DNA of 64,000 nucleotides from an uncultured Chloroflexia bacterium (GCA_963774265.1 CAVZDU010000003.1:96001-160000); one strand, 5' to 3'; numbered from the stretch's first letter, positions 53,348-63,787 are shown. Notes: a model not told the origin generated them from the sequence alone. Numbers and translations: made by a program.

Positions 53348-56079
53348 ATGAAGGTGTCCACACCCGGGCTCAGCGGGAGCCGTTCGTTCGTCTCTTCATT
53401 ATAGAAGCCGATCCTGAGCTGGTACGTGCCCTCAGGAAGGTCGCTGGGCAGGCTGATCTGATGGGTGTCAACAATCACCTCCCCGGCCTGCCAGGTCGGT
53501 GTCAGGGCTGCGCCGCCCTGCGGATACCCGTCGCCCTGCGCCTGCATCGTCCCCATCGCATCGGCGAGATGGATGAAGATTTTCCAATTGCCCGCGGTCG
53601 GCCGGTCAGCGCGCCAGATGAGCGTCACCGGAATGGTCTCCCCCGCCTTCGCTGTCTGGGGCGCTGCGACGCGCGCCAGCTGGATGCCCTCCTGCCATTC
53701 AACCTCCGCCGCCTCACCGATGTTTGGCATCGCGAACAGCCGCTCTCGATCCTTGACGACGAGCAGGCCCAGCGCCAGGCTCAGCATGCTTTCCGGCGCG
53801 CCGGCGCGCTTCAGCGTCAAGGACGCAGCGTATTCGCCCGGCGCCAGCGTGCCGGGCAACCTGAATTCCGGCTGTACCCGCACGATCCTGCCCGGCATCC
53901 ACTGATCGCTCGGGTGCCAGGCCGGTCCCAACGGCTGCGTCAACGACCATACTTGCCCATCGCGTGCGAGCTCGAGGCGTGCCTCCAGCAACGGCTGCGG
54001 CGTGTGCACCTGCCACTGCATCGGAAGAGAAACCGGACTTCCTACGGGCGCCGGCCCCTGGGGTGGGGTAAAGCTGATCAGCGTCAAGCCGCCATCCGTC
54101 GTCTGCATGCCTGACTGCTGGGCGAGAGGCGCCTCGGGCCCGGTCTCATCAGTAGGTGGCGTCACGCGGACACCCATTAGCCGATAGGTGCTCTGCTGCA
54201 CCTCATCCGTTCCCGTGCGTGCCAGCATCGACTGACCATGGGGCGTCAGCCAGGCCAACTGCAATTCGTACCGGCCGGGGGGGGTATCGAGCGGTATGTA
54301 GAAACCCTGCCGCTCCTGACCCGGCTTTGTGTACCAGTCCGCCGGACTACAAGCGCCGTTGCACGGAGCAGCGACTCGGGCGGCCCAGGTCTCGCCATCT
54401 TCACCCACCAACGTCAAGCTGATCAACGAGGAAGGTTTTTCCGCTGCGGCCTGCTCGGTTTGGTCCGGCGGAGTCAACTTCTGCCATTCGAACTGCAGCC
54501 TGAGCGCGTCGCCAGCAGCAACTTCCGCGCCGGAAGTCCACCAACGCACCAACCGGATATCGTCGCCCCACGTTACGCCGCTGCTGTGCTCGACCATGGG
54601 ACGAGCTGCGAAGTAGCGCCCCACTCCCCGGCTACCGGTGAACCATACCCTCTCGCCCGGGAATCCTGCCCGGTCGAACCCTGCTACCACGGTCTCAGGC
54701 TTCAGCTTGGACGGATACACAACAAGCCAGACGGACCTTGTGCTGCCGAGGATCCTTCGCGCGTGCTCCTCAGCAGCTGCTTCGGTGATCGGTTCATCGC
54801 CCGTGGGGATGAACTCCGTCGCTAGTTGTCTTGAATCGTAGTACAGGTCCAGGTACTTATCCCAGGGATCGGTATAGATAACCGGCTCACCCTCGCGCGC
54901 CCGTGCCATGATGTATCCCATCGGAGGGCTGAAAGGCCGATACCCGCCCTGGCCTTGTGCGATGGATGCCTGACCATCCATGAGTACCAGCAAGACCGCC
55001 AGCACTGCGCCAAGTACGCGGGAACGGCGCCAGCATGCGGCAAGGCCCAATACCACGGCCAAAACAAAAAAGCCCAGTAACGCCGAGAAGTACCGCTGCT
55101 TGACGATGATAAACACGAACGAGGCTGCCAGTGGGGGGATAAATACCAGCAACGCCAGGAGCCGCTGAAGCGTACGCCGCTGCCACAACCGAGGCTGACC
55201 CATCGCCAGGATTCCGACAATCACCAGCAGCCAGCGCAAGCCAGCTAATGTGACCAGCAGCGGCGTCGCGCCGTCATCCGCGGCGCCGGACAGTGGCCAA
55301 CCGAAATAAAGACCTACCAGGCGGCCGGGTGACCATGGCACACGCAGATCGGCAAGCAACTGCAGAACGCTGCCTCGCGGTCCGGGCGTTGTCACGATCC
55401 ATAACAGCGGCAATCCCAGCAACACCAGCAGCACCAGGGCGAAAGGCGCCACCCGGCGGCCCATGGCTCTCCGTTGCACCACAGCGAAGACCGCCAAGGC
55501 CAGCAGCACAAAGGCAGCGAGATAGTTGAAAGTGAGCGCGGTCAAGGCGGCAGCCCCAAAGAGCAACCAGCGAAGCGCGCGGCCATCCTGAAGCGCCCGA
55601 TCGAACAAGTACACCATTAGCAGAACCGCTGCGCCATACCAGGTGTACATACGGGCGTCGCGACTGAGTGTCACCGCGAGCGGCTGTATACAGAACAGCA
55701 GCCCAACCAGCGCGCTCATGCGGTGGCCAAACCACCGCCGCACCAACATGATGACCAGCGCCACGCAGAGCGTGCCACCGATCGCACTGAAGAGTCGCAG
55801 TGCCGTCTCGCCTGAACCTGCGAGCTGCATCCAGAAGTGGAGGAGCAAGTAATAGCCGGGGGGATGCTCCAGTATGTTCTGCGCACTGTATGCGATGACT
55901 TCTAGCGGAGGGCGGTTTGCGACAAAGAAGCTGATTGCCTCGTCCAGCCACAAATCATAGGTTCCCAGGCGCCAGACGCGCAGCCAGAATGCCACCAAGA
56001 GGGTAGCGACCATGGCGGCCATGAAGCCGAGGCGCGTGTCCAACAAGGTGAGTGGGCGTGTCAACGGGTTACCGGTCAT
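53314..56079 (-). CDS. GT39/PMT-like glycosyltransferase with about three C-terminal Ig-like repeats (start uncertain)
   Basis: LWLDE, EHPPGYY, LRLFS, DARMY; repeated PPG.Y.L and KIFIHL...GE.IVD...G.Y.L.IGFY. Confidence 0.8.
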   Translation of the reverse strand: MTGNPLTRPLTLLDTRLGFMAAMVATLLVAFWLRVWRLGTYDLWLDEAISFFVANRPPLEVIAYSAQNILEHPPGYYLLLHFWMQLAGSGETALRLFSAIGGTLCVALVIMLVRRWFGHRMSALVGLLFCIQPLAVTLSRDARMYTWYGAAVLLMVYLFDRALQDGRALRWLLFGAAALTALTFNYLAAFVLLALAVFAVVQRRAMGRRVAPFALVLLVLLGLPLLWIVTTPGPRGSVLQLLADLRVPWSPGRLVGLYFGWPLSGAADDGATPLLVTLAGLRWLLVIVGILAMGQPRLWQRRTLQRLLALLVFIPPLAASFVFIIVKQRYFSALLGFFVLAVVLGLAACWRRSRVLGAVLAVLLVLMDGQASIAQGQGGYRPFSPPMGYIMARAREGEPVIYTDPWDKYLDLYYDSRQLATEFIPTGDEPITEAAAEEHARRILGSTRSVWLVVYPSKLKPETVVAGFDRAGFPGERVWFTGSRGVGRYFAARPMVEHSSGVTWGDDIRLVRWWTSGAEVAAGDALRLQFEWQKLTPPDQTEQAAAEKPSSLISLTLVGEDGETWAARVAAPCNGACSPADWYTKPGQERQGFYIPLDTPPGRYELQLAWLTPHGQSMLARTGTDEVQQSTYRLMGVRVTPPTDETGPEAPLAQQSGMQTTDGGLTLISFTPPQGPAPVGSPVSLPMQWQVHTPQPLLEARLELARDGQVWSLTQPLGPAWHPSDQWMPGRIVRVQPEFRLPGTLAPGEYAASLTLKRAGAPESMLSLALGLLVVKDRERLFAMPNIGEAAEVEWQEGIQLARVAAPQTAKAGETIPVTLIWRADRPTAGNWKIFIHLADAMGTMQAQGDGYPQGGAALTPTWQAGEVIVDTHQISLPSDLPEGTYQLRIGFYNEETNERLPLSPGVDTFIWPKSITITRP

Positions 56080-56293
56080 GGACCGCACGTCTGGAAAGTT
56101 GGCGGATCCGTTGGTGACTTTCAGAGGACCGCCTTGCGGAATGATGGCCATCTCAGCGCCTGGGTGAGTCATTACATACGATATCATTTTAGCGCCGCGC
56201 GGCGAAATGCGCGAATTGTCGCGACCTCTCAGCGTCAGGGCAAGGGCGTTCAGGCGCAAGGCGGAGAATCTGGCGGCAACGTTCATGGCCGTT

Positions 56294-59218
56294 TCATTCT
56301 CCCACCGCGAGCTCGACGGGCAAGCGCAACAGGTCATCGGTCGCAGGTTCACCCCGTGCATCACGCGCGGGGATCCGCTGCAGGGTGAGCGGATCATACC
56401 AGCCCGTCGCGAGGGGATAGCGTCCCGCCGGCAGGTCTGCAGGCATCATAAGCTCGACCCGATCGATCAGCACCTCGCCTGAAATCCAAGAGGCCGCGGG
56501 GCAGGCTGCGTCGGGCTGGGGAGCCTCCTGTCCGGCGCAAGGCACGCCAGCGCGCTGGGTCACAGGCCTGCCATCAGGACCGAGCACATGCACAAAACGG
56601 GCCAAATCGGTCACCGGCGGATGAACCACAGTCCATGCGAGCGTCACCGTGACAACCTGTCCAGGCTTGACGACAACTGAAGGCGGAGCGTCGATGCCTT
56701 GCAGCTCGACAGCCTCACCAAAGGAAGCTCGCACGGACTGGGTCAACGAAGGCAGTTGGAATGTGTGGCGCCGGCCGCTCACCTGTACCGGACCAAGCTC
56801 GACCTGATCTCCTTGCTGCAAGTCTTTCAGCCACAACACGTGTTTACCCGTCGGGGTGTCCGGCGGAATGCGTACGTCGGCGTAGGTATGAACTACGCTG
56901 GCGGGCGCGAGATCTGCCGGAACCTGCGTTTCTGCACCGGCAGCCGTTTCACCCAGGGTGAGACGGAACGGACGCGCAGTCGCAGACGGCTCCTCCACCC
57001 TCCAATAAAGCCGAGTGGAGAATACCTGACCCGGCGCCAGGAGGGCAGGCGGCTCATCCGCACCGAGCAAGGTGACGCCTGAAGAGAATGTGAAGTTGAG
57101 CGGATATGGGATCTCCGGCACCGGTTGCGTCAGTGCGGAGCTAATGGTCGGCTGCGCAACGCGTGTCATGAAGGGGGTGCAGCCAACGCAGGTGGTATCC
57201 GGCGGATCCGCAGGCCGGCCCGCGAGCAGAATCGGTGCTTGGGTCTGCATGTCATACACGCGGGCAGCCAGCGTGACGGGACCGGGTGGCTGCGTGGCAG
57301 AAACGGGTAGTAAATAGTAGGTTTGCAGGGCGTCGCCAGGCTGCCAGGGTTTGCGGCGGTCAGCCAGGTCCATCAGCGGCGTTTCGGCGCTTGCCAGACG
57401 ATGACCCGCCGCGTCGAGCAGATCGACGGCGGTGCGCCACTCGGGCTGAGTTGCCTCGAGACGCCAGGTGAGGACTATCCACAGCGACGTGCCGGCTGCA
57501 ACGGACGGGCTGCTGCGGTCGGCGTTTGGATGGGCCGCGCCCCAATGAGCCGCCACCAGGGTCAGGCCGGGCTCGAAGGACGCGCTCAGCGCCTCGGTCT
57601 GTCCTGGCGCGTTGAATTGCGGCGTTTCGCCCAGGCGGTAGGATTGGAGATCGAAACCCCGGAACGAACGCGTATCCAGCAAGCTCCCCTCACGGGCGAG
57701 GTAGTACGGGACGAGCTGCTTCGGATCGGCGTCCTGGTTCGCCCCTTCCCCCCATACGACAGCGATCACCTGCTGGTGCGCAGCCTGGCCGAAACGGGCG
57801 TCAAGCCACGACGTGACGTTCGGCTCACCGGCAGGAAGCTGGAATATGGGCGCGCCGGCGAAAGCGTAGTCCAGTTGCTTGCCGTATTCCGGATTCAGCG
57901 GGACAACGCCCACGACATCGGGCGTCCTGCTGATTTCTTGTCCAATTGCCCACAGATCCTGCTGGTAGAAAGTGTACAGGTCGGTCTCGCGCGCCCAGCG
58001 GATGAAATATGCCTGGGCAGTGTGCGCCGTTTCGAAAACGAGCAGCCCCGCCAGGAGCACAGCCAGCAGCGGGGTCACCCACGTCCGGCGACGGCGGTGC
58101 AGAACCTGGACGAGAAATCCGATGGGGAGGGCGGCGATGAGCATAACCGCGGGCAACGCGCCGAACAAGCGCGGATAGTGAGGGGTGCTGCTGCGCGATA
58201 ACGCGGCTGGAATGCACAGCAGCACCCACCACGCGAGGGCGGTCATCGCGCCCTGGTCGCGCCGGCGGAAAATCGCCAGGAATCCTGTCACGAGTCCCAA
58301 CGCGAAAAGCGCGACCGCGACCGGTGTGAACGATGGTTGATCGGGCAGGTTGTGGCGGGCGATGGGGTCGCCGATGATCCCAAAGAAGGCTTTGAGGGTT
58401 CCCTCAACCGACCAGGTCCACGGATCCGGCTGTGCGGCGACGCCCTGGACCGCATCGAATGTGTTGATGCGGCTGAAGAAGTCGGCGGGATGCAGCGCGA
58501 AATGGGCGCCCAAGGGGAGGCCGACCGCGAGGAAGGCAACCAGGACGATCCACAGGGTTGGGCGGAGCGCGGCCCGCTTCATCCGGGGCAGCAGCAGGTA
58601 CAGCACCAACCAGAGCAGAGGCGTGATACGGGCTGCCAGGTACGTGTAAAGCGTCAATCCTGCAACGATGCCGAAGGTGAGCGCGCGGCCTCTGGCGGGC
58701 CGGCGCGTGTAGTTGAGCCAGGTGAGCACCGCGACGGTGAGCAGCAGGGGGAATGCGTTGACCTGGAAACCGATCCGGCTGATGCTCTGCGCCCAGAAGT
58801 TCGTGCCCCAGAGGATTGCCGCGGTGAGGCCTGCCCACGCACCGGCTTTGGCGTCGGGCGCAAACAGGGCGCGGCCAGTCGCGTAGAGCACCGGAATCAT
58901 CAGTGTGCTGAGTAATGCGCCTGTCAGCCGTACGGCGAAAGGTGAGCCGAACCACGCCGCAACGAAGGGTGCAGCCAAATAGATGTACAGGGGCTCCTTG
59001 CCGAGGGCGCTGGGATAGAAGATACGAAGCCGGCCGGCGAGCAGTTCAGCCGCATCAAGCCCTTGCGTCGCCTCATCCCACCAGAGGCCGGGGGGAATCG
59101 TGTTCAGGCGCCAAACACGAAAACCCAGCACCATGGCGGTCAGCAAGAGCACAAGGATGGGGAGAATGGTGCGCCGGACAAAAGGTGGCCGAGATTGGGA
59201 CGCATGAATCAGGTGCAT
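56294..59218 (-). CDS. GT39/ArnT-like glycosyltransferase with about three C-terminal Ig-like repeats
   Basis: PPGLWWDE, GKEPLYIY, YTYLAAR, RHNLP..P, PHYPR; FVHVL..DG...W..GE.LID...G.Y.L..GWY. Confidence 0.82.
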   Translation of the reverse strand: MHLIHASQSRPPFVRRTILPILVLLLTAMVLGFRVWRLNTIPPGLWWDEATQGLDAAELLAGRLRIFYPSALGKEPLYIYLAAPFVAAWFGSPFAVRLTGALLSTLMIPVLYATGRALFAPDAKAGAWAGLTAAILWGTNFWAQSISRIGFQVNAFPLLLTVAVLTWLNYTRRPARGRALTFGIVAGLTLYTYLAARITPLLWLVLYLLLPRMKRAALRPTLWIVLVAFLAVGLPLGAHFALHPADFFSRINTFDAVQGVAAQPDPWTWSVEGTLKAFFGIIGDPIARHNLPDQPSFTPVAVALFALGLVTGFLAIFRRRDQGAMTALAWWVLLCIPAALSRSSTPHYPRLFGALPAVMLIAALPIGFLVQVLHRRRRTWVTPLLAVLLAGLLVFETAHTAQAYFIRWARETDLYTFYQQDLWAIGQEISRTPDVVGVVPLNPEYGKQLDYAFAGAPIFQLPAGEPNVTSWLDARFGQAAHQQVIAVVWGEGANQDADPKQLVPYYLAREGSLLDTRSFRGFDLQSYRLGETPQFNAPGQTEALSASFEPGLTLVAAHWGAAHPNADRSSPSVAAGTSLWIVLTWRLEATQPEWRTAVDLLDAAGHRLASAETPLMDLADRRKPWQPGDALQTYYLLPVSATQPPGPVTLAARVYDMQTQAPILLAGRPADPPDTTCVGCTPFMTRVAQPTISSALTQPVPEIPYPLNFTFSSGVTLLGADEPPALLAPGQVFSTRLYWRVEEPSATARPFRLTLGETAAGAETQVPADLAPASVVHTYADVRIPPDTPTGKHVLWLKDLQQGDQVELGPVQVSGRRHTFQLPSLTQSVRASFGEAVELQGIDAPPSVVVKPGQVVTVTLAWTVVHPPVTDLARFVHVLGPDGRPVTQRAGVPCAGQEAPQPDAACPAASWISGEVLIDRVELMMPADLPAGRYPLATGWYDPLTLQRIPARDARGEPATDDLLRLPVELAVGE

Positions 59219-59279
59219 CCAATTTATTATAACCGAACTGGCCGAGGCAGCCAAGACATCGAAATCGTTCCGAATTGTG

Positions 59280-61424
59280 CTACGGTGGGGTGTTGAAGAC
59301 AGGCTGAACGTCGATATCACCGAGCTGAATGGTGTCTCCTTTCAAGCGTTTGTCCGCCAGTCGCAGCGCGAGTCGTTGCCCTGTGGTCGCATCATACATC
59401 CCGGTGAAAAGGTGATAGGTCCCGGGCGGGATGTCTTCCCCCAACTCCAGCGTAATCCAGTCAAGCACCACCTCACCAGGCTGCCACTCGGTCATAGGAT
59501 ATGCTCCGTACATTGGAGCGCTATCATATTGCTCCATCAAGTTTCCGCTGTCATCCAGGAGATGGACGAAGACTTTGTAGGTGCGGGCCTGTGGAAGCAG
59601 TGCCTTCCAGTAGAGTCGTATCTCGAGATCTGTGCCCGGCTGGAGGTCGCCCTGTTGTACTTCTCGGCCGATCAAGGCCAGGTCATCACCCAACCGGACA
59701 TCGAGCGGATGGGCGGTCGCGGGTAATGCAAAGACCCGCGGAGTGGGTTCCAGAGCGTAGGCCAGGCTGACGGGCCTGCCGTCCCGTTGGAAATAGGTTT
59801 GTCTTAGAACCGGCGTCAGGCGTTGACGATACGCCACCCGGCTGAACTTCTCCCAGTGACCCAGGAACGCTGTATACTCCGGTGCGTGGAACAGATAGAG
59901 TGCTGGCCCTTGTTCAATCACTTGGCCGATAGTCCTCTCGAACCCCTCGTCGGGTTGCGAGGTATAGGTGAACCACTCTGCCGGGTTGACGCGGCCATCT
60001 GTGAGCAGCTGGATATTTCGGGCGAAACCCCAGTCCAGCGCGACAACAGGTGGTGTGCCCTCCTGATCCAGATCGCGCGCCAGGTCGTAAATCGCATCGG
60101 AAAACGCGCCATTCCCCCCGCTCTGCCACAGTGTCCGATGATAGCTGGCGGTCGTCCATGCTTCCGCGCCAACCAGGATGATCGCAAGTAGCCCAACCAG
60201 GCCATAAGACAACCGGCGGCCAACTGGCAGCGCCCATGCTTCGCGAACCAGGTCGGACAGGCCAAACACCGTCACCGCCACGATCGCTTGCGGGATTGGC
60301 CAGGTGATCAGCAGGTGATCGGCTCCCTGTCCCATCGTCGTCAAAGCGCTTTCAACCACGATGCTGATCAGCAGAATCGCCAGTAAAGCCACCCGCTTGG
60401 TGCTGTAGGTGAATCGTCGGCGCGCCACGAGAATCAGGATCGTACCGGCCGCCAGGACGAAGGCAGGCACGGCAATTGGGTTTGCGTGAGGCGCACCCAG
60501 GCGGGACGCGAACCAGGTGCCTCTGAGAAGGTTGCCGAAATCGCGGATGATGACCGCGGGCAGGCGGACCAGAAAATCCAGTTGGCCGAATTGGGATGCC
60601 TCGCCCGGCAATACATCCCCCAGCACAAAACTGAACGTGCTCCACCCGCGCAGATTGTATAGTATTAGTGGCGCGGTTGAAACCAGCAGAGCGATCCCAC
60701 CAAGCAGCCAGGTGCGGGGTCTCTGGCCCCCGGGCGGCAACAGCCATCCCTGCCAACCAGGGGGCGGGCGCAACCGAGACCTGAGGATCAAAAAGCCCAG
60801 ACCTAGTCCGATCCAGAACCACAAGAACAGCAGCTTGGTCGTTAGACCAAGCCCCAGGCAGAGGATGGCCAGGATCAACGGCGCCGTGGACCCGCGCCGA
60901 TACCAGCGGTACAGCGCCCACAAGGCCGCGATTGCCAATGGCAGCATGGGGAGGGAGACGAACGCACCCATGCGCGTCCAGAAAATGAATGTTGGGTTGA
61001 CGGCCAGGAGCAACGCAGTTATCGCTGCAGCGCGCTCGTCAAGGTACTCGCGGAGGAAGCCCCAGCTTAGCAGCAGCGCGGCCAGCCCGAGGGTCCAGTT
61101 GACCAATCGCAGCACGCTGACGCTCACCCCGAAAACCGCGAACGCGGCCATCGAGAGATATGTTGTGGTGCTGCCAACGTAACGCATCAGCATCAATGGC
61201 CAGTCGCGACCGAGCAAACGCAGTGTGGCTTCTGTGTTGAGCGGCAGCCCGCGCAGAAATTGCATCGCGGGAACCGCGTCCAATGCTTCATCGTAATAGA
61301 GGCCTGGAAGATTGAGATTGGAGAGACCCGCGATCGCGTAGAGCCCAAGAGCCAGGCAAAACACTCCCAACCATGGCCCGGATTTGAGCCCTGGGGATTT
61401 CGGTGGATGCGAATCTAGCGTCAC
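59280..61424 (-). CDS. GT39/ArnT-like glycosyltransferase with C-terminal Ig-like domain
   Basis: PGLYYDEALD, LGLTTK, YKVFVHLLD...WQPGE...PPGTY.L..GMY; GTG 61424 with GAGG RBS downstream of the promoter at 61477. Confidence 0.8.
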   Translation of the reverse strand: MTLDSHPPKSPGLKSGPWLGVFCLALGLYAIAGLSNLNLPGLYYDEALDAVPAMQFLRGLPLNTEATLRLLGRDWPLMLMRYVGSTTTYLSMAAFAVFGVSVSVLRLVNWTLGLAALLLSWGFLREYLDERAAAITALLLAVNPTFIFWTRMGAFVSLPMLPLAIAALWALYRWYRRGSTAPLILAILCLGLGLTTKLLFLWFWIGLGLGFLILRSRLRPPPGWQGWLLPPGGQRPRTWLLGGIALLVSTAPLILYNLRGWSTFSFVLGDVLPGEASQFGQLDFLVRLPAVIIRDFGNLLRGTWFASRLGAPHANPIAVPAFVLAAGTILILVARRRFTYSTKRVALLAILLISIVVESALTTMGQGADHLLITWPIPQAIVAVTVFGLSDLVREAWALPVGRRLSYGLVGLLAIILVGAEAWTTASYHRTLWQSGGNGAFSDAIYDLARDLDQEGTPPVVALDWGFARNIQLLTDGRVNPAEWFTYTSQPDEGFERTIGQVIEQGPALYLFHAPEYTAFLGHWEKFSRVAYRQRLTPVLRQTYFQRDGRPVSLAYALEPTPRVFALPATAHPLDVRLGDDLALIGREVQQGDLQPGTDLEIRLYWKALLPQARTYKVFVHLLDDSGNLMEQYDSAPMYGAYPMTEWQPGEVVLDWITLELGEDIPPGTYHLFTGMYDATTGQRLALRLADKRLKGDTIQLGDIDVQPVFNTPP

Positions 61425-61476
61425 GGGATCAACCTCGCAAACATCTACTTCCGAAATCGCAAGGGGAGCCGCGCGG

Positions 61477-61505
61477 ATTATAGCATCCCAGAAATGCTCG
61501 GACAA
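61477..61505 (-). promoter_or_regulatory. Sigma70 promoter heading the minus-strand GT cluster
   Basis: TTGTCC-17 nt-TATAAT with extended -10 (TGcTATAAT). Confidence 0.7.
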
Positions 61506-61709
61506 ACGCTGGATTCGTTGCTCTCCGATTGACCGTTTTGACGCTCCCCTTGCATTATGAGGAACGGCCATGACGGTATACAATTTGCTTTCGGCGCATT
61601 CGAGCGCCAGCCCAGACGCGGACTTCACCATCACGGTTGAGCCGTTGGAACCACTCGTGGCAATTCGCTATGGAGTGATCTGGAGTACCGCTGAAGTAAG
61701 GGCCGAACC

Positions 61710-62453
61710 ATGACCCCACCACCTGATAGCCCGTTAACCGAGAAACTCGCTCTGACCGTCATTCTGCCTACTTATAATGAGCGAGAGAATGCACCCGTAC
61801 TGATTGGCGATATCTTGCGGTCCGTACGCAGTCCGGTCCAGATGCTGGTTGTTGACGACAACTCTCCTGACGGCACATGGCAGGTCGTGGAGCAGCTTGC
61901 TGCCGAGGATGGGCGGGTCCGTCTGCTGCGCCGCACGGACGAGCGCGGATTGACCTCGGCAATCTGGGCCGGCATTTGCGCGGCCGACACGGGGGCGGTA
62001 TCCTGGATGGATGTTGATCTGGCGATGCCCGCAGATGTCATCCCGCGGCTACTTGAGCGACTGGAGGCGGGGGCGGATATCGCGGTTGGGTCTCGCTACG
62101 TTCCAGGCGGCAGCGACCCGGGGCACAGCGCCATGGCGCGCGCGTTCTCACGGGTGATCAACGCGTTCGCTGCCGTGATGTTGAGGGCTGGAGTGCGCGA
62201 TTATACGAGCGGCTTCATCGCTGCCCGGCGAACAGTCTTCGATCGCATCAAGCTGCAAGGGGACTACGGGGAATACTGCATCGATTTGCTCGCCCGCGCG
62301 GCACGGGCGGGCATGCGTATCGAGGAAGTGCCCTATACCTGCGGGGCGCGTTTCAGCGGCGAGTCCAAAACAGGTGCAAGTTTCACCGATTATCTGCGCC
62401 GGGGCATGGGATATGTGATGACCGTACTCCGGCTGGCTGCAAGAAGGAGTTGA
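61710..62453 (+). CDS. GT2 polyprenol-phosphate glycosyltransferase (Dpm1-like)
   Basis: ILPTYNEREN, VDDNSPDGT, MDVD, GSRYVPGG, DYTSGF, GESK. Confidence 0.9.
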   Translation: MTPPPDSPLTEKLALTVILPTYNERENAPVLIGDILRSVRSPVQMLVVDDNSPDGTWQVVEQLAAEDGRVRLLRRTDERGLTSAIWAGICAADTGAVSWMDVDLAMPADVIPRLLERLEAGADIAVGSRYVPGGSDPGHSAMARAFSRVINAFAAVMLRAGVRDYTSGFIAARRTVFDRIKLQGDYGEYCIDLLARAARAGMRIEEVPYTCGARFSGESKTGASFTDYLRRGMGYVMTVLRLAARRS

Positions 62454-62459
62454 TTGAGA

Positions 62460-63695
62460 ATGCTCAAGCCACGTGAACTGACGCTGGAGGAACTCGGCGA
62501 TCTGGCCGAGATCATTCCGGGTCCCGAGCCTATCCTGGAGGTTGCGCTCTATCCCATCCCTCAATTCGAGCCTACCCCGCGACGCGAGATCATACGAGTG
62601 TGCGAGCCCACCTTGCGCGGCAACGAGCTGGCCTACATCACCGATGCCGTCCAGACGAACTGGATCTCTTCCGGGGGCAAATACATCCCTCGCTTTGAGG
62701 CGCTCTTTGCCGAAAAGATGGGCACGCGCTTCGGCATCGCCTGCATGAACGGCACGGTCGCGCTGCACTTGGCGTTGGCCACCCTGGGCCTGGAGCCGGG
62801 CGATGAAGTGATCATTCCGACCTTCACGATGATCGCAACCGCCAACGCTGTCACCTATCTGAACGCGGTGCCGGTGCTCGTGGACAGCGAGATGGCCACC
62901 TGGAACATGGACCCGGAGCAGATCGAGGCCAAGATCACCCCGCGCACGCGGGCGATCTCCGTGGTTCACACCTACGGCCACCCGGTGGACATGGATGCCG
63001 TGAATGAAATTGCGGCCCGGCACGGCCTTTTTGTCCTGGAAGATGCAGCCGAAGCGCACGGCGCAGTCTACAAGGACCGGCCTGTCGGCAGCCTGGGGGA
63101 TGCGGCCTGTTTCAGTTTCTATGGCAACAAGATCATCACCACCGGTGAGGGCGGCATGATCACCACCAACCGGGAAGATGTCGCGCGGCTCGCCTGGAAC
63201 TTGCGGGATCATGCATTCAGCACTGACCGCCACTTCTGGCATAAGTTCGTCGGTTTCAACTATCGTATGACGAACCTGCAGGCTGCCATCGGCCTGGCTC
63301 AGACCGAGCAGCTGGAGACGTTCGTTGCTGCCCGGCGCGCGCACGCTGCGCAGTATACGCGGCTGCTCAAGCAAATCCCGGGAATCGTCACACCGCCTGA
63401 GGCATCCTGGGCGCGCAACGTTTACTGGATGTATGGCATTTTGCTGGACAAAGAATTCGGCCTGTCACGCGATGAGCTCCGGGCCCGGCTGGCGCGGCGG
63501 GGCATCGAGACACGCACCTTCTTCATTCCCATGCATTGCCAGCCGGTTTACTTTGACCAGTATCGCGGCCAACGCTATCCCGTGGCAGAGGATCTTTGCC
63601 GCCGGGGTCTCTATCTCCCGTCGGCATCGAGCCTGACCTCGGATGACATCGAAGTGGTGGTTGAGTCGATTAACGAAAGCCTGACTCAGTCGTAA
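62460..63695 (+). CDS. DegT/DnrJ/EryC1/StrS aminotransferase (perosamine synthetase-like)
   Basis: NWISS.G, NGTVALHLAL, EDAAEAHGA, SFYGNKIITTGEGG, GFNYRMTNLQAA. Confidence 0.93.
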   Translation: MLKPRELTLEELGDLAEIIPGPEPILEVALYPIPQFEPTPRREIIRVCEPTLRGNELAYITDAVQTNWISSGGKYIPRFEALFAEKMGTRFGIACMNGTVALHLALATLGLEPGDEVIIPTFTMIATANAVTYLNAVPVLVDSEMATWNMDPEQIEAKITPRTRAISVVHTYGHPVDMDAVNEIAARHGLFVLEDAAEAHGAVYKDRPVGSLGDAACFSFYGNKIITTGEGGMITTNREDVARLAWNLRDHAFSTDRHFWHKFVGFNYRMTNLQAAIGLAQTEQLETFVAARRAHAAQYTRLLKQIPGIVTPPEASWARNVYWMYGILLDKEFGLSRDELRARLARRGIETRTFFIPMHCQPVYFDQYRGQRYPVAEDLCRRGLYLPSASSLTSDDIEVVVESINESLTQS

Positions 63696-63697
63696 GG

Positions 63698-63776
63698 GAC
63701 ACAGAGGGCACGGAGACGCACAAAGGAAAGGCCAGGAACCTTGTAAGCCTTCGTGCCCTGGATCCTTTGCGGTGGA
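63698..63776. repeat. Inverted pair of CAC/AAG-type short repeats between convergent genes
   Basis: GACACAGAGGGCACGGAGACGCACAAAG (63698-63725) faces TCCACCGCAAAGGATCCAGGGCACGAAG on the minus strand (63749-63776). Confidence 0.75.
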
Positions 63777-63787
63777 CAAACGCGTCT

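Noticed and set aside
61425-61634. N-terminal extensions in the ORF track (also 56080-56397, 51316-51471, 5563-5649, 9069-9158)
   Set aside because: They overlap promoters or neighbouring genes; downstream starts with RBS or stop-start coupling fit better (56079 remains uncertain).
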